From Candidatus Pacearchaeota archaeon (GTDB lineage: Archaea > Nanobdellota > Nanobdellia > Pacearchaeales > GW2011-AR1), in the NCBI GenBank assembly GCA_016181895.1, contig JACOYL010000014.1, forward strand, positions 1 to 60,089: 60,089 nucleotides of DNA, written 5' to 3'. Under the pieces are notes generated by a model. It ran no database searches, was not told the origin of the DNA, and saw nothing but the letters and a program-made list of their open reading frames with translations. Positions 35,879 to 45,278 of this stretch are shown here, one piece after another (within the stretch, counting starts at the first letter, position 1; every line of letters starts with the position of its first letter). A program made the translations under genes and the position numbers.

Positions 35879-37336
35879 ATGCCAAGCAAAAAAAACCAGG
35901 AAGGAATCACGGCAAAGAAAAACGAGAATTTCAGCGAATGGTACACTCAAGTTGTTCAAAAATGCGAACTTGCGGATTTAAGATACAATGTAAAGGGATT
36001 TCTTGTTTTCCAGCCGTGGTCTGTTTTGTCGATGGAAAAAATGTACAGGCACATGGAAAAAAATCTGCAAAAAAAAGGACACAAACCATATTGGTTTCCT
36101 ACAGTGATTCCGAAAAGCAATTTTGAAAAGGAATCCTCGCATGTGAAAGGATTTACTCCCGAGGTTTTTTGGATTACAAAAGGGGGAAACACAAAACTTG
36201 AAGAGCCTCTTGCCCTTAGACCGACGAGCGAAACAGCGTTTTATCAGATGTTCAACCTATGGATAAGAAGCTACAAAGATTTGCCATTTAAAACATATCA
36301 AAGAGCTCAGGTTTTCAGATATGAAACAAAAGCCACAAGGCCATTTCTTAGGGGAAGGGAATTCCATTGGATAGAAACTCATTGCGTGCATGCGACAATC
36401 GAGGATGCAATGAAGCAAGTAAAGGAAGACATGCAAACAAACAAGGAAATTTTGCACGATATTTACGGTTTGCCGTTCATCTTTTTCCAGAGGCCGGAGT
36501 GGGACAAATTTGCAGGGGCTTACAGGACATTTGCTTCCGATGTCTTGAATCCCGACGGAAAAGTAATACAGCAGCCGTCAACGCACATCATCTCTCCGAG
36601 TTTTGCAAAAGCGTTCAACATAACTTACAAGGACAAGGACGGAAAGGAAAAGCCTGCTTACACGACTTGCTACGGCCCTGCAATATCAAGAATTTTTGCA
36701 AGCGTCGTGATTGTTCATGGAGACGACAAGGGATTGAAATTTCCCTGGGAAATTGCCCCGATTCAAGTGATGATAATTCCAATAGACATTGAAAACAAGG
36801 AAATAATGAAAAAGGCGGAATCGATAAAAAAACAGATTGAAGGTTTTGCAGATGTTTCCCTTGATTCAACTGAAAAAAGGGCGGGGGAAAAATTCAACCA
36901 TTGGGAAATGAAAGGTGTTCCGATAAGAATTGACATAGGATTGAATGACATAAAAAAGAAAAAAACCACGATTTTCAGAAGGGATTTGGATAAAAAAGAA
37001 GTGATAAATGAAAAAGATTTGATGAAAAAAATAAACCAAATTTCAAAGGAGTTCACGAAAAATTTGATTAAAAAAGCAGACAAGATTTTTGAAGGAAGGA
37101 TAAAAAAAGCGAAAAGTTTGGGCGAAATAAAAAAAGCCATTGAACAAGGCTTGATAGCAAAATGCAACTTTTGTTCTGTAAACAAGGAAGGAATTTCATG
37201 CGCGGAAAAAATAGAAAAGGAAACAGGAGCACAGATAAGAGGAACAAAACTTGATGAGAAATCTCTGGTTTCGGGAAAATGCGTGATTTGCGGCAGGAAG
37301 GCGAATGAAATTGTTTACGTAGCCAGGAGTTATTAA
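35879..37336 (+). CDS. proS: Prolyl-tRNA synthetase (archaeal/eukaryotic type)
   Basis: FSEWY, LRPTSE, FRYETKATRPFLRGREF, HGDDKGL, C-terminal Zn domain ending ARSY. Confidence 0.97.
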   Translation: MPSKKNQEGITAKKNENFSEWYTQVVQKCELADLRYNVKGFLVFQPWSVLSMEKMYRHMEKNLQKKGHKPYWFPTVIPKSNFEKESSHVKGFTPEVFWITKGGNTKLEEPLALRPTSETAFYQMFNLWIRSYKDLPFKTYQRAQVFRYETKATRPFLRGREFHWIETHCVHATIEDAMKQVKEDMQTNKEILHDIYGLPFIFFQRPEWDKFAGAYRTFASDVLNPDGKVIQQPSTHIISPSFAKAFNITYKDKDGKEKPAYTTCYGPAISRIFASVVIVHGDDKGLKFPWEIAPIQVMIIPIDIENKEIMKKAESIKKQIEGFADVSLDSTEKRAGEKFNHWEMKGVPIRIDIGLNDIKKKKTTIFRRDLDKKEVINEKDLMKKINQISKEFTKNLIKKADKIFEGRIKKAKSLGEIKKAIEQGLIAKCNFCSVNKEGISCAEKIEKETGAQIRGTKLDEKSLVSGKCVICGRKANEIVYVARSY

Positions 37337-37554
37337 CTGAAGTTATCTGTTGATGTTAATTACAATATTAAATACTCCTAAAAATGCTAACGAGGTCAAA
37401 CAACCAGCAATAAGAACCGTCCATCAACCAAATCGCCCAAATTAAAGAAATAATAAACCAAGCGGCTAAGAATATTATTAATTGTCCTGAAAGATTTTGT
37501 CCTTTCCCGTTCGTAGATTAATCTAAATAGTGCTGTTTAAATTTTTGTGTTATT

Positions 37555-37728
37555 CTAACTTCTTCTTTTCATCACGACATTGTTCAGCTCGTCTTCAAGT
37601 CTCAATGTTATTTCCATCAAAACCCCGAGTTCTTCCTTTACTTTTTCGTGTTCTGTTTCTTTTTCTTTCATCATTAAAAAATCTGAACAGAAATCCTGCC
37701 TGAATTGTTTTTTAGAAGTTTGCTTCAT
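37555..37728 (-). CDS. Small helical protein (57 aa), absent from the ORF track
   Basis: MKQTSKKQFRQDFCSDF...LRLEDELNNVVMKRRS; downstream of a structured leader. Confidence 0.5.
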   Translation of the reverse strand: MKQTSKKQFRQDFCSDFLMMKEKETEHEKVKEELGVLMEITLRLEDELNNVVMKRRS

Positions 37729-37775
37729 TCAATTCAGGTAAAAAATCTGAATCAAATCAAGCTTTAATTGTTGGG

Positions 37776-37832
37776 GCAAAGACCAGATTAAACCTTTGAT
37801 AGTGCAAACCTTCGCAAGCTAATCGTCTTTGC
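37776..37832 (-). ncRNA. Candidate structured leader/small RNA
   Basis: Nested stems GCAAAGAC/GTCTTTGC and GATTA/TAATC plus a short inner inverted repeat; begins about 25 nt downstream of a TTTTAAAA box. Confidence 0.4.
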
Positions 37833-37921
37833 ATGAAAAGAACAAGGAAAGGGGGTTTTTAAAATTTATGATACTTTTGTAGAATATAAATGAATATAAA
37901 GTAGAATGTAAAATACAGTTT

Positions 37922-38251
37922 ATGAATAATCAACAATCACCAGCTTATGAAAATTTAAAATTTGACGAAATTCAAAAAGTTCTCGATGATGAAAATGCCC
38001 ACGAACTAAATTTATGTTTAATTCATAGAGAGACATCATCTTTCCCATGGATTATGAGGCCAGAGCCGGTTTTTCTTTTGTCAGAACTTGCAAAAAGCGG
38101 ACCAAGAGTCTTGACTAAGATAGAGAAATTTTTGTTGAATAATCTGCCCGCGCCGGGTTTTGTAACAGAGACATACAGATCTCCACAAAAAGAAGTTATG
38201 CATGGAGTGGAAGAAATAGCAAGAAAATCAACTTATTCTTTTTATTACTAG
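37922..38251 (+). CDS. Hypothetical protein
   Basis: 109-aa ORF with TATA-like box upstream. Confidence 0.55.
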   Translation: MNNQQSPAYENLKFDEIQKVLDDENAHELNLCLIHRETSSFPWIMRPEPVFLLSELAKSGPRVLTKIEKFLLNNLPAPGFVTETYRSPQKEVMHGVEEIARKSTYSFYY

Positions 38252-38253
38252 AT

Positions 38254-39357
38254 TCATCTCATATCCTTTCCCATCAAAACCCTTTCCCTCAATCTGTTGA
38301 TTTCCTTGTTGAAAAATTCAATGGTTTCCTGCTTTTCAAAAATTGCAATCAAATCGTCGTTCCTTGCCGACAGGATTTCGTTGAGATTGCTGAACTTTAC
38401 AATCAATTCATTGACATGCCTTTCCGGAATCTTTGTTTTTCCCAGCAATCTTATTCCCTGGGGGGAAATCGGCTTGTCATACAATTCCTCGAACAAAAGC
38501 CTGGAAATGTTCCCGGATTCCAAAAGAAAATCAAAATTCATTTTCTCCAGCATGTCCATCGCGGACAAATATTTCGATGAAAAATAATCCCTCAAAATTA
38601 TTTCTTCGTCCTTGCTCAGATTCCCGATTAATTCTTTGAGTCGCATGCTTATGATGATTCCCTCTTTTCCAAGTTCAATCAAATACCTCCTCACGATTCC
38701 GGAAATTCTTTTTATTATTTCCAGCCTCTGAATTACATTGCATACGTCATTTACTGCCACAAGCCCGCCCATTTCCAAAATGTTCAAATTTGTAAGAAGA
38801 TAATCGTAAATTTCCCTCTGTTTTTCCAGAACTTGCAAAGTTTCCGAGGCTCGTCGCAAAATCTCGGAACTTTCCTTAAGTTCATATTTCACGTCGCCCA
38901 AATAAACCGTGATTTTATTTTTTCTCTCGGAAACCGCGATTACAAGAGCCTTTGTTTGTTTTGAAGTTCTCTCGGCGGCTTTGTGCCTTGTTCCAGTTTC
39001 TTTCGTGGGAATTTCAACGCTCGGAAACAGCAACGCGTTTGCGTGAAGAATTTTCTTTCCGTCCTTCGACAAAATTATCGCTCCGTCCATCTTTGCAAGC
39101 TCGACAAGCCTTTGCGAGGAAAATCTGGCGTTTATCCTGAATCCTTTTTCCGTGACGTTCGGAGTAAAATCGTTCTCGTATACAATCAACGCCCCCATTT
39201 CCGCATTCAGCAAATCGTCGAGCGCGGAACGTATCGAAGTTCCCGGAGAAATCATTTTCAAAACCTCGAGAAAATCCTTTTCAAAATCTTTTTTTTCCGC
39301 AATCTTGGTCTCGGAAATAACCAATTCCTTTACTTCCTTGTCCTTTACCTCTGTCAT
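38254..39357 (-). CDS. disA: DNA integrity scanning diadenylate cyclase DisA
   Basis: ELAKMDGAIILS, ETGTRHKAAER, AVSERKN.IT, linker ELG.EG, C-terminal HhH-like region. Confidence 0.92.
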   Translation of the reverse strand: MTEVKDKEVKELVISETKIAEKKDFEKDFLEVLKMISPGTSIRSALDDLLNAEMGALIVYENDFTPNVTEKGFRINARFSSQRLVELAKMDGAIILSKDGKKILHANALLFPSVEIPTKETGTRHKAAERTSKQTKALVIAVSERKNKITVYLGDVKYELKESSEILRRASETLQVLEKQREIYDYLLTNLNILEMGGLVAVNDVCNVIQRLEIIKRISGIVRRYLIELGKEGIIISMRLKELIGNLSKDEEIILRDYFSSKYLSAMDMLEKMNFDFLLESGNISRLLFEELYDKPISPQGIRLLGKTKIPERHVNELIVKFSNLNEILSARNDDLIAIFEKQETIEFFNKEINRLRERVLMGKDMR

Positions 39358-39454
39358 TTATCACCCTATTAAAAAATAATTCAATGTACAAACTCATTAA
39401 TTAAAATAACGTATATAAATCTTATGAGATAAAAAATGTTTTTTTGCCCCGAAA

Positions 39455-39860
39455 AAATTCTCCATTAAAACTCGGTTTTTGAATGGGAGAGCAATTTCAC
39501 GAGTGAAATTGATATCCGACGGGAAAAGATTAATGCAAAATATTTATCGTCAGTCAATGGTTTCACAAGACGCAAATGGTTTATCATTAACTTTGGCTTG
39601 GTTTCTGGGGTGGGCGAACGCTTTGATTTTTAGTATCTTTAAAATTAATAATAAAGTCGGGCCGTGAGGAGAGCAACTTCGCGGGACAAATTTATTTTGG
39701 TTAGGTTAACGTGCAAAAGTTCCTTATCATTAGTTCATCAATTTCTCAAAATCGGATTTGCCATTAGCATGGATTTTTAAGGGTGGGAGAGCAATTTCGT
39801 GGCAGGTAGTATAATTAAGACATCAATAAGCTGTATGAGATTGCGAGTGGGTGGGAATAA
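39455..39860 (+). repeat. Mosaic repeat locus (longest, about five units)
   Basis: Shares units with 30540-30680, 32960-33020 and 55720-55910. Confidence 0.85.
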
Positions 39861-39867
39861 AATAAAT

Positions 39868-40854
39868 TTACTTCGCAAAAGTTTCCGCTACTAAAAGTGG
39901 AAAAATCATTGTAGCATCGCCAAAAATCTTGACGGCTTTTCCTTGGGGTTTAATTTTTCCCCATGAAACAGCCTCGTCTGGATTTGCTCCGGCGTCGCTT
40001 CCGTCGAATTCCTGCGAATTGTTTACAAAAACAGCAAAGTCCGCGCCGTTCCTGTATAGGTGGGCATTAAGGATGCTGTGTTTTACCGTTCCCGTTCCAA
40101 GAACAATCAATCCTGATTTCCTCAATCCGGATGTTTCATCATTGAGCATTTTCATTTCGTTTGAAATGTCAATCAAAAAATCCTCGTGTTTCGACTTGAA
40201 AAAATAAACCATGTCCCCGAAACTTCCGTCGAGAATCGCATAACTGTAAACTCGGATTTGATTTTTCCATGCCCAGTAATAAATGCTTTTTTCATTGTTG
40301 ATTTTTTCCCCGAGTTTCCAAATCAAGTCGCTCGGCGTGAATATTTTTCCGGTTTTCTTCTGTTCTTCATAACACTCTTCCAGAACAGGCATCACGAATT
40401 CTTCGAATTTTATGTATCTTGAATTCGGCACAAAAATGTTTCCTATCCTGTTTATTGCTTTTTCCCTCAATTTTTTCCCCTCTGCCTTGAAATCTCCGAG
40501 AACAAAATTCCCGAGGCATTTTATCATGTCTTCCTCAATCCCCCCTCCGGTAGTCACAAGAACATCAACCTTTTTCTTTTCGACAAGGAATCTTATCACG
40601 TCCCTCAATCCCGAACTGATAATATTTGACGTGAAGCCGAGAAAGATTTTTGATTTTTCAGAAATCATTTCATTTATTATTTCAACGGCTTTTGAAAAAT
40701 GCGACGCCTGAAATCCGGTGCTTCCGAAACTTTCCACTATCTTCTTAAAATCATTTCCCTTGCTGAAATCATATCCTTCTATGTTTTTTCCGGAAATCTC
40801 GGAGGATTTTTTCAGGATGAATTCTTTCGGATTTTCAGATATTTTATTTTTCAT
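39868..40854 (-). CDS. dys: Deoxyhypusine synthase
   Basis: GFQAS, SSGLRD, GGIEED, INRIGN, DGSDAGA.PDEAVSWGK. Confidence 0.95.
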   Translation of the reverse strand: MKNKISENPKEFILKKSSEISGKNIEGYDFSKGNDFKKIVESFGSTGFQASHFSKAVEIINEMISEKSKIFLGFTSNIISSGLRDVIRFLVEKKKVDVLVTTGGGIEEDMIKCLGNFVLGDFKAEGKKLREKAINRIGNIFVPNSRYIKFEEFVMPVLEECYEEQKKTGKIFTPSDLIWKLGEKINNEKSIYYWAWKNQIRVYSYAILDGSFGDMVYFFKSKHEDFLIDISNEMKMLNDETSGLRKSGLIVLGTGTVKHSILNAHLYRNGADFAVFVNNSQEFDGSDAGANPDEAVSWGKIKPQGKAVKIFGDATMIFPLLVAETFAK

Positions 40855-41045
40855 GGTTATTGTTAGATGAATTAATAAAAAAGTGCAACTAGGTTCAGAA
40901 AACAGGTATTGCCAATTTCACGAGCAGTTTTTCCAGATGCATGATTTTCGTTGGATTGGTTAGTTTAAAATCTTTTTGATGTGTTAAATGAAAACATTCA
41001 TTGGAAAATAGAAGACTTTTTAAATAATGATTTTTATACCTTTTC

Positions 41046-41261
41046 ATGAACAAATGGACAGAGCTTTTCGCGGGACTTGTCATTGTCATTGGAATGATTC
41101 TGGTTGCATGGGCGTCCTCGTCATACGGTTGGACGATAATGGGAAAGGATTTCAATTTGCTTAATGCGGCTTGGGTTTTTTTCAAAGGCGGTTTGTTCTG
41201 GCTTGCATTGATGATTGGGGCGTTGTTTATCCTTCTCGGAATTTCAGATATAAAGGGATAG
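41046..41261 (+). CDS. Small two-TM membrane protein
   Basis: Hydrophobic 71-aa ORF with TATA box. Confidence 0.65.
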   Translation: MNKWTELFAGLVIVIGMILVAWASSSYGWTIMGKDFNLLNAAWVFFKGGLFWLALMIGALFILLGISDIKG

Positions 41262-41467
41262 TTATCTAAAAATCAATTCACAAATTTCCAACTAGATAAT
41301 TATTCTAATAAATCAAACAATGAAAAATAAAAATAAATTTTTTTAATCGGGGACTTCTTCCAATCATTAGCCATTTTAACCTCCTTTTTGATTTAGTTAT
41401 AAATTAAATTTGTGCTTCTTGTTTTAATTTTTTAGCTCATTTTATTAGAAAAAACAAGTATATAAAA

Positions 41468-42085
41468 TTAACCTTGAAAGATTATCAGGATGCCTTCAAT
41501 GATTGCCGCAATTACAAGCAAAGGCAGGACTACGAACAAAAAGGTTTTCAATGAATTCCACAAATAATTCCTGAAACTTTCGGATTTGTTTTTCTGGAAA
41601 ATAAATGTCCCGAATTTCAACCCCATGCCGAGGGAAATGAAAACAGCGGGCAATTCAAAAATCCCGTGTGGAAAAAGCCTCCACAGAACAAAGAAACCTT
41701 CGCTTCCGACGCTCATCAATGCGACGAATCCGAGAATGTAACCGTTAACCATTGCTATAACTATTGGAAAAATTCCGAGGAAAACCCCGAAGAGCATTCC
41801 TGTAATGGAACTTTGCAGATTGTTCAGAAAAATAAATCTCGTGATTTCCGATTGGCTCATGTTTTCAGTTTGCTTAAAAAGTTCCTCTATGAATTTCAAG
41901 ATTTGTTCCGCAATTTCTTTTGGCACGGGAAGAAAAAATCCTATCAGGAAAAATGCGAGAAAAACAAGAATTATCGAATAAATGAAATTCCTTGAATCTT
42001 TTATGTAATTCCAGCTGTCTGAATAATTCTTAGCAATAAAATCTCCTTTTTTTCTTATAATTTTTTTGGATTTTTTCTTTTTCAT
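41468..42085 (-). CDS. SpoIIM/DUF95 membrane protein
   Basis: IFLNN, NGYILG, PHGIFELPA, AAIIEG. Confidence 0.9.
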   Translation of the reverse strand: MKKKKSKKIIRKKGDFIAKNYSDSWNYIKDSRNFIYSIILVFLAFFLIGFFLPVPKEIAEQILKFIEELFKQTENMSQSEITRFIFLNNLQSSITGMLFGVFLGIFPIVIAMVNGYILGFVALMSVGSEGFFVLWRLFPHGIFELPAVFISLGMGLKFGTFIFQKNKSESFRNYLWNSLKTFLFVVLPLLVIAAIIEGILIIFQG

Positions 42086-42897
42086 TGGAAATGTCTGCTT
42101 AACATCCTTGTTTTATTTGGAAATCTTTGTCTTAAATAAAATCCGTACAGCAAACCGACAAGCAAGCCCCCGATGTGTGCACTGTTTCCAATCGGAAGCG
42201 GGACAAAAAAGCTGATTATCACAAGGGGAACAATCGCGATTATCGGAAGAAGCCACATTCTCAATTCAACAGGAACCGCGATTCTTCTTATTCCAGGATT
42301 TAGGGAAAACAGGGAAAAAATCATCAGAAAAATCAAGATGTTCATTGTCATGTCAAAAATCGGGGCAAATCCCGACGGAATAAAGGGATTCAAAACAACG
42401 TTCAGCAAAATCAAAATCAAAGGTCCTGCAATCAGGTAAATTTTGGAATAAGGCACAAGAACCGCCAAAACTCCCAGCAACCCGAAAATCGCCCCGCTTG
42501 CTCCCACTCCTGAAATGTCATTGTTGAAAATCAATCCCGAAACGACAAAAAACATCCCCCCAATCAACCCTGAAATAAGGTAAACAAGAAAAAATCTTTT
42601 TCTTCCGATTATCCTCTCAAGAAAATTCCCGATGAAAAACAAAGAAAACATGTTCGCGAAAACATGAAAAAAAAGCAGGTGCGAGAACATGCTCGTTATC
42701 AAAGTCCAGAGTGTCTTTCCCTGTAAAATCAAGCCAGGAGTCAGGGCAAAATTATCAAGGAAAAATTGTTCGCCAAAAGAAGTTATTATAATTATTGAAG
42801 CAAAATAAAAAACAACATTGGCAATGATTAATTGATTTGTCGCGCTGATTCTGCTGAAAAAATTTTTTCTTTCGGGGATTCCATAAGCCCTTATCAT
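42082..42897 (-). CDS. Rhomboid intramembrane serine protease
   Basis: HVFANM, GASGA, AHIGG. Confidence 0.93.
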   Translation of the reverse strand: MIRAYGIPERKNFFSRISATNQLIIANVVFYFASIIIITSFGEQFFLDNFALTPGLILQGKTLWTLITSMFSHLLFFHVFANMFSLFFIGNFLERIIGRKRFFLVYLISGLIGGMFFVVSGLIFNNDISGVGASGAIFGLLGVLAVLVPYSKIYLIAGPLILILLNVVLNPFIPSGFAPIFDMTMNILIFLMIFSLFSLNPGIRRIAVPVELRMWLLPIIAIVPLVIISFFVPLPIGNSAHIGGLLVGLLYGFYLRQRFPNKTRMLSRHFQ

Positions 42898-43697
42898 CTT
42901 CTTTTTTTCTTTTTTTGAATTTTTTTAGTTTTAACTTTTATTTTTTTCCTTGATTTAACGTTTCGTGTTTCTTTTTTCTTTTGCGGTTTTTTAACAATTG
43001 CCTTTTTCGGAACTTTCTTTGCCTGCTTCATCTCCTTTGCTTTTAATTTATCCCTTTCTTTTTTCTTTTCAAGCCTTTTTTTCAATTTTTCCTTGACTTC
43101 CTTTTTTATTTCCTTGACTTTCTTTTTGTCGTCTTTTTCCTTTTCCTTTCTTATTTCATTGTTTATGATTTCAAGTTCCTTTTGGGATTTATCAAGATTT
43201 TTTCTGAATTCCTTTATGACTTTAGTATTGTCCTTCACAATAAAGACATTTCCGCATTCGCTGCACGTGAAATCATGCAACAAGGCGTTTTCCTCGTTGT
43301 ATTCGATGTTGCATCTTTCGCAAACGTAAAATGTCTTGACCTCTCGGCTTTGAATTTGGTGTTCAATCTGTGAAATTCTTTTTTTCAGCATTTCCTTTAA
43401 AAATTCCAGCGTTCGCAAAGCCTCGAGCCTCCAAAAATAGGTGTACCATCCCTTTTTCTTGTCCTTTTTTCTCGTCGACGAAACCAATCCATGCTCCGAA
43501 AGCCTGTAAAGCAGGTTTCTCGTTTGATTTATGTTTATGTCGAGTTTTTTCGCTATGATGAATTCGTTGATGTATTTCTCTGTATCGAGAAATTTTATTA
43601 TTTCTTCTCCTTGTTTCCCTATGACTGACGAAATCGATTCCTGAAGAAAATTTTTTGTTATTTTCTCGTCGTTTTTTTTCTCAATTTGTATTGACAT
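42894..43697 (-). CDS. tfe: Transcription factor E alpha with Lys-rich C-terminal tail
   Basis: wHTH IAKKL..N.TRNLLYRL, GWYTYFW, Zn ribbon CERC..FTCSECG. Confidence 0.9.
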   Translation of the reverse strand: MSIQIEKKNDEKITKNFLQESISSVIGKQGEEIIKFLDTEKYINEFIIAKKLDININQTRNLLYRLSEHGLVSSTRKKDKKKGWYTYFWRLEALRTLEFLKEMLKKRISQIEHQIQSREVKTFYVCERCNIEYNEENALLHDFTCSECGNVFIVKDNTKVIKEFRKNLDKSQKELEIINNEIRKEKEKDDKKKVKEIKKEVKEKLKKRLEKKKERDKLKAKEMKQAKKVPKKAIVKKPQKKKETRNVKSRKKIKVKTKKIQKKKKRR

Positions 43698-43822
43698 TTT
43701 TTTAGAAATTAATGATTTAAATGAACAAAGGCGTTATAAACTTTATTTATTGAATAAAAAACAAAGTTTTTAAACTTATATTTTGTATTATGCATATCAT
43801 AAAATAAATTTACAATTATACA

Positions 43823-44389
43823 ATGGGGTGGTTTGGAAAAAAAGAGGAGAAGCGCGAAGGCATTTCATTGCCCGAGTTGCCGAAAATTCCAGAATTGCCT
43901 TCATTGGGAAAATCCAAGGATTTTGACAGAATAACTTTGCCGAATCTTCCTTCTTATCCCAACAGTTCGTTCGGAAAAAAATTTTCTCAGAATGCAATTA
44001 AAGACGCGGTTTCTGGGGAAGAAGAGGATGAAATCGAGGAGGACTTTGAGGAAAACGAATTTCCAGAGAAAGAGGAAACATCAAAGTCCGTTCCCGGTTT
44101 TGTAAAAAGGCAAACAATACCCGAGGAATACACTTCGCGTGCTTCCGCGAATTCGTTCAAAAGGGGCGGAAAAATGGAGCCTGTTTTTATAAGGATAGAC
44201 AAATATGACGATGCCCTAAGAATGTTCGAGGACGCGAAAAAGAAAATCCTGGAAATGGAAGACACCTTGAGGCACATTAAAAAAATAAAAGAAGATGAAT
44301 ACAATGAATTAAAGGAATGGGAAACTGAAATTCAAAAAATAAAAGGGGATTTTGAAAGGGCAAACAGGGACATTTTCTCAAAACTTTAA
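43823..44389 (+). CDS. Hypothetical protein (Pro-rich N-terminus, coiled-coil C-terminus)
   Basis: LPELP repeats; EPVFIRIDKY followed by coiled coil. Confidence 0.75.
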   Translation: MGWFGKKEEKREGISLPELPKIPELPSLGKSKDFDRITLPNLPSYPNSSFGKKFSQNAIKDAVSGEEEDEIEEDFEENEFPEKEETSKSVPGFVKRQTIPEEYTSRASANSFKRGGKMEPVFIRIDKYDDALRMFEDAKKKILEMEDTLRHIKKIKEDEYNELKEWETEIQKIKGDFERANRDIFSKL

Positions 44390-44400
44390 AATAATCAATT

Positions 44401-44817
44401 ATGAACCACGAAAATCTCATTCACGTGAAATTCGAATATGCAGAGGCTTTGGAAGGAAAAAAAGACATGCTGAATCTTGAAAGAAATTTTCTCAGAACGT
44501 CGGAAACCATTGACAGATTCAATTCCCTAAGAAGCGAGGAAATGAAGGCGAAGCTCAGGCTTCAAAAAAAGATGAAGGAAACCGCGGAGATATTGAAAAA
44601 TTTCAAGAAAATGCTTCCAGAAGCAAAAATGCCTCATGTAAAAGAAGAAAAAATTGCAAAGCCTGTTCTTGAAAAATCAAAACAAGAAACAAGTGAAAAG
44701 CCCAAGACAATTGAAAAAAGAGCTGTTGAAACAAAAGTGAAAACTTCCCGTGCTTCAAACGACCTGGAATCTCAAATCCGCGAGATACAGGAAAAATTGA
44801 ATTCTTTGCGGGATTGA
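44401..44817 (+). CDS. Hypothetical coiled-coil protein
   Basis: 138 aa, operonic with the previous gene. Confidence 0.7.
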   Translation: MNHENLIHVKFEYAEALEGKKDMLNLERNFLRTSETIDRFNSLRSEEMKAKLRLQKKMKETAEILKNFKKMLPEAKMPHVKEEKIAKPVLEKSKQETSEKPKTIEKRAVETKVKTSRASNDLESQIREIQEKLNSLRD

Positions 44818-44836
44818 ATTTAACCTTTTTCTGTCG

Positions 44837-45225
44837 TCGGCTCGCTGAAATTGGCTTATTCTATGAACTCGCATTTCTGTATAAATGATGATGAAAAATT
44901 TTAATGTAAAAAATTTATCTTCGGTTAATAGTTGCACAAAACATTAAAGATTTTTATGGTTAATATTGGTTTCTTTAATTAGGAAATTTGTGAAAAAAGA
45001 TTAATGTAAAATTCAGCATTAAATTACCATGATAAAATTTATTTGATAGTTAAATGGATTGCTGGGGTGGGAGAGCAACTTTGCGAAAATTATTTGAAAA
45101 AGGCTAATGTGCAAAATTCTTTACGGATGATTAATAATTGCTAATTGTTTTGTCATTTAACTTTTTTAGGGGGTGAGTGGTTGGGGGATTGGCGGCGGGG
45201 CGAATTGATTTGCAAATTAATGTAT
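44837..45225 (+). repeat. Mosaic repeat locus
   Basis: TCGGCTCGCT head remnant; three TAATGT units; GGGGTGGGAGAGCAACTTTGCGA; GTTGGGGGATTGGCGGCGGGG tail. Confidence 0.8.
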
Positions 45226-45278
45226 TGAAAATTTCATTAACATAAATTTTTAAAATAGTTCTTCTTTTTCTTTTTACG

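Noticed and set aside
30480-39860. Mosaic repeats as integron attC sites or DGR template/variable repeats
   Set aside because: The RYYYAAC...GTTRRRY segments do not form attC-like hairpins and no integrase is seen; differences between copies are not confined to adenines and no reverse transcriptase is present
39455-39860. G-strings as ORB elements of a replication origin
   Set aside because: No TTCCAGTGGAAAC-like core, no adjacent cdc6/orc1, and loci are spread across the window
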